A DNA stretch of 64,000 nucleotides from Paludibacteraceae bacterium (lineage in GTDB: Bacteria > Bacteroidota > Bacteroidia > Bacteroidales > Paludibacteraceae). Positions 31,299 through 40,230 of the stretch are shown here, one piece after another (the first letter of the stretch is position 1; the number at the start of each line of letters is the position of its first letter). The stretch covers positions 18,576 through 82,575 of the forward strand of contig JAFZLC010000047.1 in assembly GCA_017551675.1 (NCBI GenBank), written 5' to 3'. The position numbers and the translations under genes were made by a program. The notes beneath the pieces are model-generated. The model did not search any database, was not told the DNA's origin, and worked only from the letters and a program-made list of their open reading frames with translations.

Positions 31299-32702
31299 AT
31301 GCAACCTACATTTTTAATTTTCATTGGAGTTGCGGTTCTAATCGGTTTAGTAGCCGCTTTGATTAATCGTTATCGCCGGTGTCCATCGGATAAGATCTTG
31401 GTAGTATATGGAACATCCGGAGGAAACAAGAGTGCAAAATGTGTACATGGTGGTGGTACATTCGTATGGCCAATCATCCAAGACTACGCTTATCTGTCAT
31501 TGACACCGATAGGTATCGATGCTAACTTGACAAATGCACTTTCTCGTCAGAACATCCGTGTGGACGTACCTTGTCGATTCACCGTTGGTATCAGTACGGA
31601 GCCTGATACAATGCTTGCAGCAGCAGAGCGTTTGCTCGGACAGAGCGCACAACAGATTCAAGAACTCGCAAGAGATATCCTTTTCGGACAGTTGCGTCTT
31701 GTGATCGCCACAATGAGTATTGAGGAGTTGAACTCCGACCGTGATAAGTTCCTTGAAGCTATCACCGCCAATGTGGAAGTGGAGTTGAAGAAAATCGGTT
31801 TGAAGTTGATCAACGTAAACGTAACCGATATCAAGGATGAGAGTGGATATATCGAGGCATTAGGTCAAGAGGCAGCAGCTAAGGCCATCAATGAGGCTAA
31901 GGTTCGTGTGGCAGAGCAAGAGAAGATCGGAGAGATTGGTAAGGCAGATGCAGTTCGTGAGACACGTATTCGTACGGCAGAGGCAAATGCAGCTGCAGTG
32001 AGGGGTGAAAATGAGGCTAAGGTAAACATTGCGCAATCCGATGCAGAGCGTCGTGAAGCAGAGGCAGAAGCACAACGTAAAGCAACCGCAGCAGAGAAAG
32101 TAGCACAAGCAAAAGCGTTGGAGGAGGCTTATGCAGCTGAGCAGAAAGCAGAGGAGGCACGTGCCGATCGTGAGCGTTCAACGCAGACCGCCAACGTCAT
32201 CGTCGCACAAGAGATTGAAAAGAAACGTTTGGTCATCGCAGCAGAGGCAGAGGCAGAGCAGAAGAGAGTAAATGCAAAAGGAGAGGCTGATGCAATATAT
32301 GCGAAGATGGAAGCAGAAGCAAAAGGTTTGTTCGAAATCCTTACAAAGCAAGCTGATGGTTACGACCGAATGATCCAAGCAGCTGGTGGAGATGCCACAA
32401 AAGCCTACACATTGTTGTTGCTTGAGAAACTTCCTGAATTGGTTAAGACACAAGTTGACGCCATCAAGGGAATCCAAATCGATAAAGTTACTGTTTGGGA
32501 TAATGGTGGCGGAAATGGCGATGGCAAGACAAGCACAGCCAACTTTTTGTCAGGACTAATGAAGAGCGTTCCTCCATTATCAGAATTATTCGACCAAGCA
32601 GGAATGAGTCTGCCAGAGTACTTGGCAAAGAAAAAAGAAGAGCCAACCGTTACAGAAACAACGGCAGAAGAAGTGAAAGAAAAAGATAATAAGAAAAAAT
32701 GA
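31299..32702 (+). CDS. flotillin (SPFH/band-7 domain protein)
   Basis: 467 aa. N-terminal transmembrane segment, SPFH domain, and a long Ala/Glu-rich coiled coil (EAEAEAQRKATAAEKVAQAKALEEAYAAEQKAEEARA). Confidence 0.8.
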   Translation: MQPTFLIFIGVAVLIGLVAALINRYRRCPSDKILVVYGTSGGNKSAKCVHGGGTFVWPIIQDYAYLSLTPIGIDANLTNALSRQNIRVDVPCRFTVGISTEPDTMLAAAERLLGQSAQQIQELARDILFGQLRLVIATMSIEELNSDRDKFLEAITANVEVELKKIGLKLINVNVTDIKDESGYIEALGQEAAAKAINEAKVRVAEQEKIGEIGKADAVRETRIRTAEANAAAVRGENEAKVNIAQSDAERREAEAEAQRKATAAEKVAQAKALEEAYAAEQKAEEARADRERSTQTANVIVAQEIEKKRLVIAAEAEAEQKRVNAKGEADAIYAKMEAEAKGLFEILTKQADGYDRMIQAAGGDATKAYTLLLLEKLPELVKTQVDAIKGIQIDKVTVWDNGGGNGDGKTSTANFLSGLMKSVPPLSELFDQAGMSLPEYLAKKKEEPTVTETTAEEVKEKDNKKK

Positions 32703-32727
32703 TGATTAGCGACTGAATCATCTTGAA

Positions 32728-32762
32728 GGCGTATCAAAATTGCATTTGATACGCCTTTTTTA
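32728..32762 (+). terminator. rho-independent terminator after the flotillin gene
   Basis: GGCGTATCAAA-attgca-TTTGATACGCC followed by TTTTTTA. Confidence 0.6.
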
Positions 32763-33061
32763 CGTTACTGAACATACTATTGGGAGTTTGCATATTTCAG
32801 GAAATTTTCTCAAATTTGTATCAACATTATGCATATCAATGAGTCTTGTAACACTAAGAATCAATATATGCAAACCTTCAATTGTAAATCTATGGCAAAA
32901 CAAGCTGACGATTCATTCTCCCATATAGGGAAGAACAAAAAGAGCAGAATACAAAACGCACAACGTCAAATAGAACATTTGGAGAGTATCAAAGAACTAG
33001 AAGCAGATATCAAACGAATGAAAGAAGATTTCTAATAATATTCTTGATGGGTTACTATCAA

Positions 33062-33091
33062 CAAAAACGGGCGACAATAATGCCGCCCGTT
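33062..33091 (-). terminator. rho-independent terminator downstream of the 1411-aa activase-fusion gene
   Basis: On the minus strand: AACGGGCG-gcattattgt-CGCCCGTT followed by TTTTGTT. Confidence 0.5.
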
Positions 33092-33114
33092 CCCATTTTC
33101 TCTAATATCCTATG

Positions 33115-36100
33115 TTATTTCATATTACTTGTGAACAACAACAGACGATTCGCTATATTCGCCTCACTGACACCTCCGTCGAAATCCAACGAAAGCATAT
33201 TCAATTGAGGATACTTCTGTTTCAACTTCTTCTCTATACCACGAGCCACAATGTGATTGGCTATACATCCAAATGGCTGCATACTTACCACATTATTACA
33301 TCCGTCCTTTATAAAGGCTATCACCTCTGCTGGCAACAACCATCCTTCTCCAAACTGAGCCGAAAGACTGATCACATCCTTCGCATACTCACTGATGGTC
33401 TTAATGTCTTGCTCTGGCTTATAGAACTTAAATTGCGACGCCTCACTCTCTAACTTCTTCATGACCTTACGAATCAAATTATAAGCCATGTCTATCACCA
33501 ATGGCGGCACTTTAAATCGCTTCACAAAGTTCTCTCTGTTGAACTTATAATTGACAAAGGCACGGAAGAAGAAATTATGAACCGTAGATGGTATCACCTC
33601 TACCCCATGCTCCATCAACCAATCTGGTACATAACGATGTGCATACGGATTAAACTTCAAGAAGATCTCACCTGTGATTCCTGCTTTCGGATAGACACGA
33701 TCTTCGTAGATAGGCACCTGATTGAATGCACGTGCTGCTTCACCCGTTAACTTCAACAATCCCTTCGTATCATTCTTCTCTACCAATGGTTTCGCTTTCT
33801 CCAAATAGAGATCTCTTAGCTTACGAGCCTCTCCCTTGTTTTTCTCACGAACAGCTATCGCATGATAGAAAATGGACAACCAGTCACCATACATAGTGGC
33901 ATAGATAACCAACGGAGCCGCCTTGATCAGATTCAACTTGAATCCTGGCTGATCTTCAATGTTATCCGTTCCTCCGATACCAATCACAGGAACCTGCTCA
34001 AATCCAGCATCTACAATCGCCTTTCGAATCAATGGAGGATAGTTGGCTGCACGACACTGACCTAACTGCGTAACTGCTACTGCCACCTTGTCCAAGTCAT
34101 ATTTGCCCGACTGCAATGCCTTTATCAAATCTCCAACAATCAACGTAGCTGGATAACATACCTCATTGTTCGAATATTTTAATCCTACATCATTAGACTC
34201 TGCATTACTCAATGGTAACGACTCCAAATCATAACCCGCCCACTTGAAGGCTGCAGGGAATAATGGTGACAAATATTCTGTGAAGAATGGCGCAAGAATC
34301 TTCCTGCGTTCATTATCTCCCACCTCAAATCGTTTCGGTTTCACAAATGGCTTCACCTCTGTAGTCTCCTTCGCATCAAACTTCAAGCTCTCTATCAAAG
34401 AACGAACACGAAGTTTCATGGATCCTACATTGTTGATATCATCAATCTTCAACAATGTCAGTGGCTTGCCATAACGATTCAACAAACTACGAACCTCATC
34501 TGTAAAGAAGGCATCTGGTCCACATCCAAAGGATGTTGTCTCCACATAATGTACATTCTTACCCTGACGTGCCGCCCATTGAGCAGAATTCAAGATACGA
34601 TTGACAAATGACCATTGTTTGATGATGAACGCCTCTTTCTCATCACAATTGTTCTTACGTGAAATCTCCTCCGTAATCACATCCACTCCCATCTGAGAAA
34701 TCATCTCTGATATCTTATGCTGAATAAGCGGATCTGTATGGTATGGACGACCTGCAAGTACAATTGCTAAATGATTCTCCTTTTGAGATTTCTCAAACGC
34801 CTCTTCGTTAATCTTACGTAGATTCAAACCAAACTCACTGTATGTCTTAACAGCCTTCTTATGTGCCTCTTTGATAACCTTCTCAGAGATACCAAACGTC
34901 TTCATATAACGAATCAGCTGCTTCAACAACAACTTCTCATCCTTAAAGGATATAACTGGTGAATCAATTGGAATTTCTGAATCAATAGCACTATTGACAA
35001 CTTCCGGATATCCAATGATAATCGGACAGTTAAAGCTATTATGAGCTGCATTATCCTCCACTCTCTCGTATACCACACGAGGGAAGAAAATACGGTCTAC
35101 CCCACTCTCCTGCAATTCATAAATGTGACTATGAACCAGCTTAGCAGGGAAACATATATTATCAGACATCACAGAGTGAACACCCTTCTCATAATTTCTA
35201 TAGGTGGATGTAGATGACAATACCACCTGAATGTTACACTCCGTAAAGAATGTGTGCCAGAATGGGAACTCTTCATACATGTTCAATGCACGAGGAATAC
35301 CTAACTTAAACAATGGTGAAATCAGCTTAGACGTTTCTTCCGCCCGATGGAATAGCTCGTAGTACTTACGTGCACTCATATCTATTCCTGGTTTCACATC
35401 ACTCTTTCCGTTATTGAAAATCTTCTCACACTTATTACCTGAATAATAAACACCGCCATTCTTGAACAAATACTTAGTGATCTGGCAATTATTGTCACAT
35501 CCCTTGCATGAGAGAATCTTAGATTCATACTCTGCTGCATGCAAATATTTATCAAGCGCAACAGGCTTTTTATTTTGATCATGCATCTTCTTTGCATAAA
35601 GAGCACAACCATACGCACCCATCAATTCAGGTACGTTATTGCAATATACTGTTCTACCCGTCAGGTTCTCAAACGCCTTTACAATAGAGTCGTTTTTCAT
35701 GGTTCCACCTTGTAAAACAATGTTAGGACCCAACTCTTCGTAATTCTTTATCTTTAAAACCTTGAACAGACAGTTTTTAACTACTGAATAGGCCAATCCT
35801 GCGGCAATATCACTTACCTCTGCACCTTCACGAAGTACTTGTTTCACTTTTGAATTCATGAAGACCGTACAACGCGTTCCCAAATCGCATGGATTCTGAC
35901 TCTGACATGCTTGATATACAAAGTCTGTGATTTCACATCCTAATGTCTGTGCAAACGTCTCTATGAATGATCCACATCCTGAAGAACATGCCTCATTCAA
36001 CTCCATACGAGTCAATGCCCCATTCTCAACGAACATGGCCTTCATATCCTGTCCACCAATATCGAGAACGAAAGAGACATCCGGACACATATTCTTAGCC

Positions 36101-37350
36101 GCCACATAATGCGCCATGGTTTCAATCATACCATAATCAAGCGAATAGGCAGCTTTGATCAAATCCTCTCCATATCCCGTAGAACATCCTGCTGTGATTT
36201 CAAGATCTAACTTCTCCTCTTCACAACGAATCTTCAACTTCTCCAATCCACGACGAACAGCCCCGATTGGATTACCTCCATTATGAGTATAATATTTATA
36301 AAGGATATCACCTGTTTCGTTAATTAAGACAATCTTCGTGGTCGTGGAACCAGAATCGATACCTAGGTAGGTCTTACCCTTGCATTCATTCAGATTAACA
36401 ACAGGAATATGTGTTTTCTCCTTTTCAGCCTTCCATCCCATAAACTCCTCTTCATCTTTAAAGATAGGAGGAAGTGTCACGTTGGTCTTATTCTTATTTG
36501 GATTGTTGGTTACCTTTGGCTGAGGTTCACGATTCAAAATCTCTGTCAACTCCTTCACATCAACCGGCTCCATATCGTTTTTGAAAAGAGCTGTTCCCCA
36601 TGCTGGAATAATGTTTGCATTCTCCAACACCACACAATCCTTTTCAATATCCAATTCAAAGTAATCAGCAATCGCCTTACGAAGAGAACCGATAAATGTG
36701 AGTGGTCCTCCACAGAAAAGCACCTTAGGACGTACTTCACATCCGTGAGACAAGGCACTGGCAGTCTGCACAGCCACCGCACGGAAGATAGAAGCTGCTA
36801 TATCTTCTTTCGTAGCATTTCTTGCTACTAAGTTTTGAATATCTGTTTTAGAAAAAACACCACAACGAGATGCTATTGGGTAGATATGTTGAGCGTTCTT
36901 TGCCAACCCATCCATATCTGTCACCTCAACACCTAAACAGAGAGCCATCTGGTCAATAAAAGCTCCCGTTCCTCCGGCGCAGTTTCCATTCATACGAAGG
37001 TCTGACACCTGTCCGTTTTTGAGGTATACAATCTTTGCATCCTCACCTCCAATATCAATAATCGTAGAAATTTCAGGATGAACCTGTTTGGTGAATTCCG
37101 TAGCCGCAATCACCTCTTGTACGAATGGTATATTATATCTTTCGGAAACACCTAATCCAACAGAACCTGTTATAGAAAGAGTGAATTTCTCATTTTTTAG
37201 CGTAGAATTTAATTCTTCCAAGAAACCAGTGATGGCACCCTTAACATTCGCCATGTGCCTCTTGTATGAAGAATATATTACCTTTTTTGTTTCGTCGAGT
37301 ACTACAATCTTTGCAGTTGTAGAACCAATGTCGAGACCGATTTTGAACAT
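33115..37350 (-). CDS. fused CoA-substrate-specific enzyme activase (two BadF/BadG/BcrA/BcrD-type ATPase modules) plus a 2-hydroxyacyl-CoA-dehydratase-like domain; function unknown
   Basis: 1411 aa. Two acetate/sugar-kinase-fold ATPase modules, each starting GLD(I/S)GSTT(A/T)KIV and each carrying an activator-type Cys pair. The C-terminal roughly 800 aa is the dehydratase-related domain (DUF2229-like) with Cys clusters (C..C…C). Confidence 0.8.
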   Translation of the reverse strand: MFKIGLDIGSTTAKIVVLDETKKVIYSSYKRHMANVKGAITGFLEELNSTLKNEKFTLSITGSVGLGVSERYNIPFVQEVIAATEFTKQVHPEISTIIDIGGEDAKIVYLKNGQVSDLRMNGNCAGGTGAFIDQMALCLGVEVTDMDGLAKNAQHIYPIASRCGVFSKTDIQNLVARNATKEDIAASIFRAVAVQTASALSHGCEVRPKVLFCGGPLTFIGSLRKAIADYFELDIEKDCVVLENANIIPAWGTALFKNDMEPVDVKELTEILNREPQPKVTNNPNKNKTNVTLPPIFKDEEEFMGWKAEKEKTHIPVVNLNECKGKTYLGIDSGSTTTKIVLINETGDILYKYYTHNGGNPIGAVRRGLEKLKIRCEEEKLDLEITAGCSTGYGEDLIKAAYSLDYGMIETMAHYVAAKNMCPDVSFVLDIGGQDMKAMFVENGALTRMELNEACSSGCGSFIETFAQTLGCEITDFVYQACQSQNPCDLGTRCTVFMNSKVKQVLREGAEVSDIAAGLAYSVVKNCLFKVLKIKNYEELGPNIVLQGGTMKNDSIVKAFENLTGRTVYCNNVPELMGAYGCALYAKKMHDQNKKPVALDKYLHAAEYESKILSCKGCDNNCQITKYLFKNGGVYYSGNKCEKIFNNGKSDVKPGIDMSARKYYELFHRAEETSKLISPLFKLGIPRALNMYEEFPFWHTFFTECNIQVVLSSTSTYRNYEKGVHSVMSDNICFPAKLVHSHIYELQESGVDRIFFPRVVYERVEDNAAHNSFNCPIIIGYPEVVNSAIDSEIPIDSPVISFKDEKLLLKQLIRYMKTFGISEKVIKEAHKKAVKTYSEFGLNLRKINEEAFEKSQKENHLAIVLAGRPYHTDPLIQHKISEMISQMGVDVITEEISRKNNCDEKEAFIIKQWSFVNRILNSAQWAARQGKNVHYVETTSFGCGPDAFFTDEVRSLLNRYGKPLTLLKIDDINNVGSMKLRVRSLIESLKFDAKETTEVKPFVKPKRFEVGDNERRKILAPFFTEYLSPLFPAAFKWAGYDLESLPLSNAESNDVGLKYSNNEVCYPATLIVGDLIKALQSGKYDLDKVAVAVTQLGQCRAANYPPLIRKAIVDAGFEQVPVIGIGGTDNIEDQPGFKLNLIKAAPLVIYATMYGDWLSIFYHAIAVREKNKGEARKLRDLYLEKAKPLVEKNDTKGLLKLTGEAARAFNQVPIYEDRVYPKAGITGEIFLKFNPYAHRYVPDWLMEHGVEVIPSTVHNFFFRAFVNYKFNRENFVKRFKVPPLVIDMAYNLIRKVMKKLESEASQFKFYKPEQDIKTISEYAKDVISLSAQFGEGWLLPAEVIAFIKDGCNNVVSMQPFGCIANHIVARGIEKKLKQKYPQLNMLSLDFDGGVSEANIANRLLLFTSNMK

Positions 37351-37526
37351 ATTGTATTTTAAAAATTATAATCTCTCTAAAATTGTTACTATGTATTAAG
37401 CGTGCAAAGTTAACAAAATTTTAGATAACTATTTGATAAATTTTTATTTTGCTGAAAGAAAACCATTAGACATACAAATCTGATATCTGTTTTTTTATAA
37501 CTTTGCACTATTAAATTCGATAAACT

Positions 37527-39023
37527 ATGGACGGAAAAATTGGATTCGACAACGATAAGTACTTAAGCATGCAATCGTCTCATATTGCTGAAAGAATTAA
37601 AAAGTTTGGCAATAAACTCTACCTCGAAATAGGAGGAAAACTTTTCGACGACTACCATGCATCCCGTGTACTACCTGGTTTTCACCCCGATTCTAAACTC
37701 CAAATGCTTCTTAAGCTCAAGGAGAAAATCGAGATCATCATTGCTATCAATGCTGAAGATATCGAATCTAATAAGATCCGTGCCGACTATGGTATCTCCT
37801 ATGATGAAGATGTGTTGCGATTGATCGACGCATTTAATGGAGTGGGGCTTTTTGTGGGAAGCGTCTGCTTAACCATGTTCAACAAACAACCATCTGCCGT
37901 ACTATTCGAAAAAAGATTAAAAGAATTAGGTATTGCCGTATACCATCATTATCGTATTGATGGATATCCCAATAACGTAGAGTTAATCGTTTCTGATAAA
38001 GGTTACGGAAAAAACGAATACATCAAAACACAACGTCCTCTCATTGTTGTCACAGCTCCAGGTCCTGGTAGCGGTAAATTAGCAGTTTGCCTTTCTCAAT
38101 TATACCACGAACATAAACGTGGCATCAATGCAGGATATGCTAAATTCGAAACATTCCCTATCTGGAATATTCCATTGAAACACCCTATCAACCTTGCATA
38201 CGAGGCTGCCACCGCCGATCTAAATGATGTAAACATCATCGACTCCTTCCACTTGGAAGCATACGGCGAAACCACAGTCAACTATAACCGTGACGTGGAG
38301 GCATTTTCCGTCTTAAGCGCCACCTTTGAACTTATCTACGGAGAGAGTCCGTATAAAAGTCCAACCGATATGGGTGTCAATATGGCTGGTAACTGCATTA
38401 TTGATGATGAGGTTTGCAAAGAGGCTTCTAAACACGAGATTATCCGCCGTTACTTCAAGTGCCTGTGCGATAAAAAACGCTATGGAGAAAGCTCCGACAA
38501 TAAAGAGAAACTGGAGTCACTCATGTATCAAGCGCATGTGAAAGTGACCGACTATAAAGTGGTGGAAGCTGCTCGTAAAAAGGAGGAAACAACAAATGGT
38601 CGTCCTGCCGCTGCCATCGAACTACCAGACGGAACGATTGTTACTGGCAAGACAAGCGACTTGCTCGGACCACTGGCCGCTGCCCTCCTAAACGCATTGA
38701 AAGCTTTAGGTAAAATTGACCAGTCCTTCAACTTGGTTTCTCGCCTCGCCATCGAACCGATTCAAACCCTGAAAACAGAATATCTGGGTAGCAATAACCC
38801 TCGACTTCATACAGACGAGATATTGATTGCCCTCTCCTCATCTGCCGCTCATAATGAATTGGCTGAACGTGCTATGCAGCAATTGCCTAAACTAAAAGGT
38901 TCCACTGCTCATACCACCGTTTTGGTATCTTCCATCGATGAGCAAACATTTAAAAAACTAGGTATCACACTCACCTGCGAACCTAAATATGAGGAGGCTC
39001 AAAGAAGTTACCATAAACACTAA
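37527..39023 (+). CDS. UPF0371 / DUF1846 family protein (function unknown)
   Basis: 498 aa. N-terminus …KIGFDNDKYLSMQSSHIAERIKKFGNKLYLEIGGKLFDDYHASRVLPGFHPD matches the conserved UPF0371 opening. Confidence 0.7.
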   Translation: MDGKIGFDNDKYLSMQSSHIAERIKKFGNKLYLEIGGKLFDDYHASRVLPGFHPDSKLQMLLKLKEKIEIIIAINAEDIESNKIRADYGISYDEDVLRLIDAFNGVGLFVGSVCLTMFNKQPSAVLFEKRLKELGIAVYHHYRIDGYPNNVELIVSDKGYGKNEYIKTQRPLIVVTAPGPGSGKLAVCLSQLYHEHKRGINAGYAKFETFPIWNIPLKHPINLAYEAATADLNDVNIIDSFHLEAYGETTVNYNRDVEAFSVLSATFELIYGESPYKSPTDMGVNMAGNCIIDDEVCKEASKHEIIRRYFKCLCDKKRYGESSDNKEKLESLMYQAHVKVTDYKVVEAARKKEETTNGRPAAAIELPDGTIVTGKTSDLLGPLAAALLNALKALGKIDQSFNLVSRLAIEPIQTLKTEYLGSNNPRLHTDEILIALSSSAAHNELAERAMQQLPKLKGSTAHTTVLVSSIDEQTFKKLGITLTCEPKYEEAQRSYHKH

Positions 39024-39032
39024 TTTAATTTT

Positions 39033-40223
39033 ATGAAAAACACCCGCATTCTTATACTGGGACTCATCTCCCTTCTGCTCTTTTCCTGCAAAAAGGGAGA
39101 TATATATCAAGTGGATCCTAAACTTGATCCCTATCTGCAACTCTTTCTTCAAGAAGCTAAAGAAAGAGGTTTCAACTTCAACCTCGAAGAGGATGGACTT
39201 ATTTTGCAATTCGCAGATTTGGAAAGTCCCACTATTGGACTATGCACATACACCTACCCTTTGCTTGTTCAGATAGATCGTACTTATTGGAGAGATGTGA
39301 CTAAATACAACAACTGCGAAGACCTTCGTCAGGACGTTGTATTTCATGAATTAGGACACGGACTGCTTAACCGTAGTCACGACAACCAAACCTTAAGCAA
39401 CACCGAATGGAAATCCATTATGTGTGGAGGTGAAATCGTTCGTGAACGTAGCTGGCAAGTCAACTTTTCCGGTATGCGTAAAAAATATTACCTCGACGAA
39501 CTGTTTAATACAAAAACTCCAGAACCTGACTTTTTCAAATATGGTGATACCTTCTCGGGTGATAAAGGAAATCTTGTTGAATCATACGATTTCTCCGAAA
39601 ATAAACATTTCACAGATGCAGATGGTAACGTCTATGACATCAGCAATAATGCTTATAACATCACAACAAACAACGACTACAATAACATCGTCTATTTACA
39701 CACAAGAAAAAATTTAACCAGTGATTTCTATTATGAGGTTAAATTGAAAACAAAATTGGCAGGAAATGGTGATTGCGTGGGTATTATCGCAGGTTATCCC
39801 ATCTCCGACACAACAGGCGTAGGCAACTATTTTTACATATCCAGAAACAATAGCTACAATGAATTGAGAGCTTATGTAGGTCACATGCAATGCATGCAAC
39901 CTATCGCCGAGGTGATCCTTAAGAAGAATGTATGCCAATTAGATGATCAAACTGAAACAAAACTAGCCATAGAACGTACTAATAACGAACTATACTTCTA
40001 TGTCAACGATCAACTTATCTATCGTAATGATTACATGGCTGATCAAAAATATGCTAATTTCGGATTAGTGACTCCTTCTAAAAATACAGTCACTGTAACC
40101 TCCTCTATGTGCTATAATAAAGCCAACGGATCGCTGAGAGCTTCAACTGAAAACGGACTCTCCACCGTATTCGCAAACAGAGGTGGGGCAATTCCTTTTA
40201 ACATTCCAAACACAATAAAATAA
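39033..40223 (+). CDS. lipoprotein with a HExxH zinc-metallopeptidase-like motif; C-terminal beta-rich domain
   Basis: 396 aa. Lipobox (…LLLFSC) and VVFHELGHGLLNRSH, i.e. HExxH plus a downstream His. No close family assignment is possible by eye. Confidence 0.5.
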   Translation: MKNTRILILGLISLLLFSCKKGDIYQVDPKLDPYLQLFLQEAKERGFNFNLEEDGLILQFADLESPTIGLCTYTYPLLVQIDRTYWRDVTKYNNCEDLRQDVVFHELGHGLLNRSHDNQTLSNTEWKSIMCGGEIVRERSWQVNFSGMRKKYYLDELFNTKTPEPDFFKYGDTFSGDKGNLVESYDFSENKHFTDADGNVYDISNNAYNITTNNDYNNIVYLHTRKNLTSDFYYEVKLKTKLAGNGDCVGIIAGYPISDTTGVGNYFYISRNNSYNELRAYVGHMQCMQPIAEVILKKNVCQLDDQTETKLAIERTNNELYFYVNDQLIYRNDYMADQKYANFGLVTPSKNTVTVTSSMCYNKANGSLRASTENGLSTVFANRGGAIPFNIPNTIK

Positions 40224-40230
40224 CTACTTT

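Noticed and set aside
5590-32745. Shared 13-mer GGCGTATCAAAAT in the glnS and flotillin terminators, considered as a repeat family
   Set aside because: There are only two copies, and the surrounding stems are built differently: the loop differs and different partners pair. A chance match within two GC-stem, A/T-flank terminators is plausible, so it is noted but not called.
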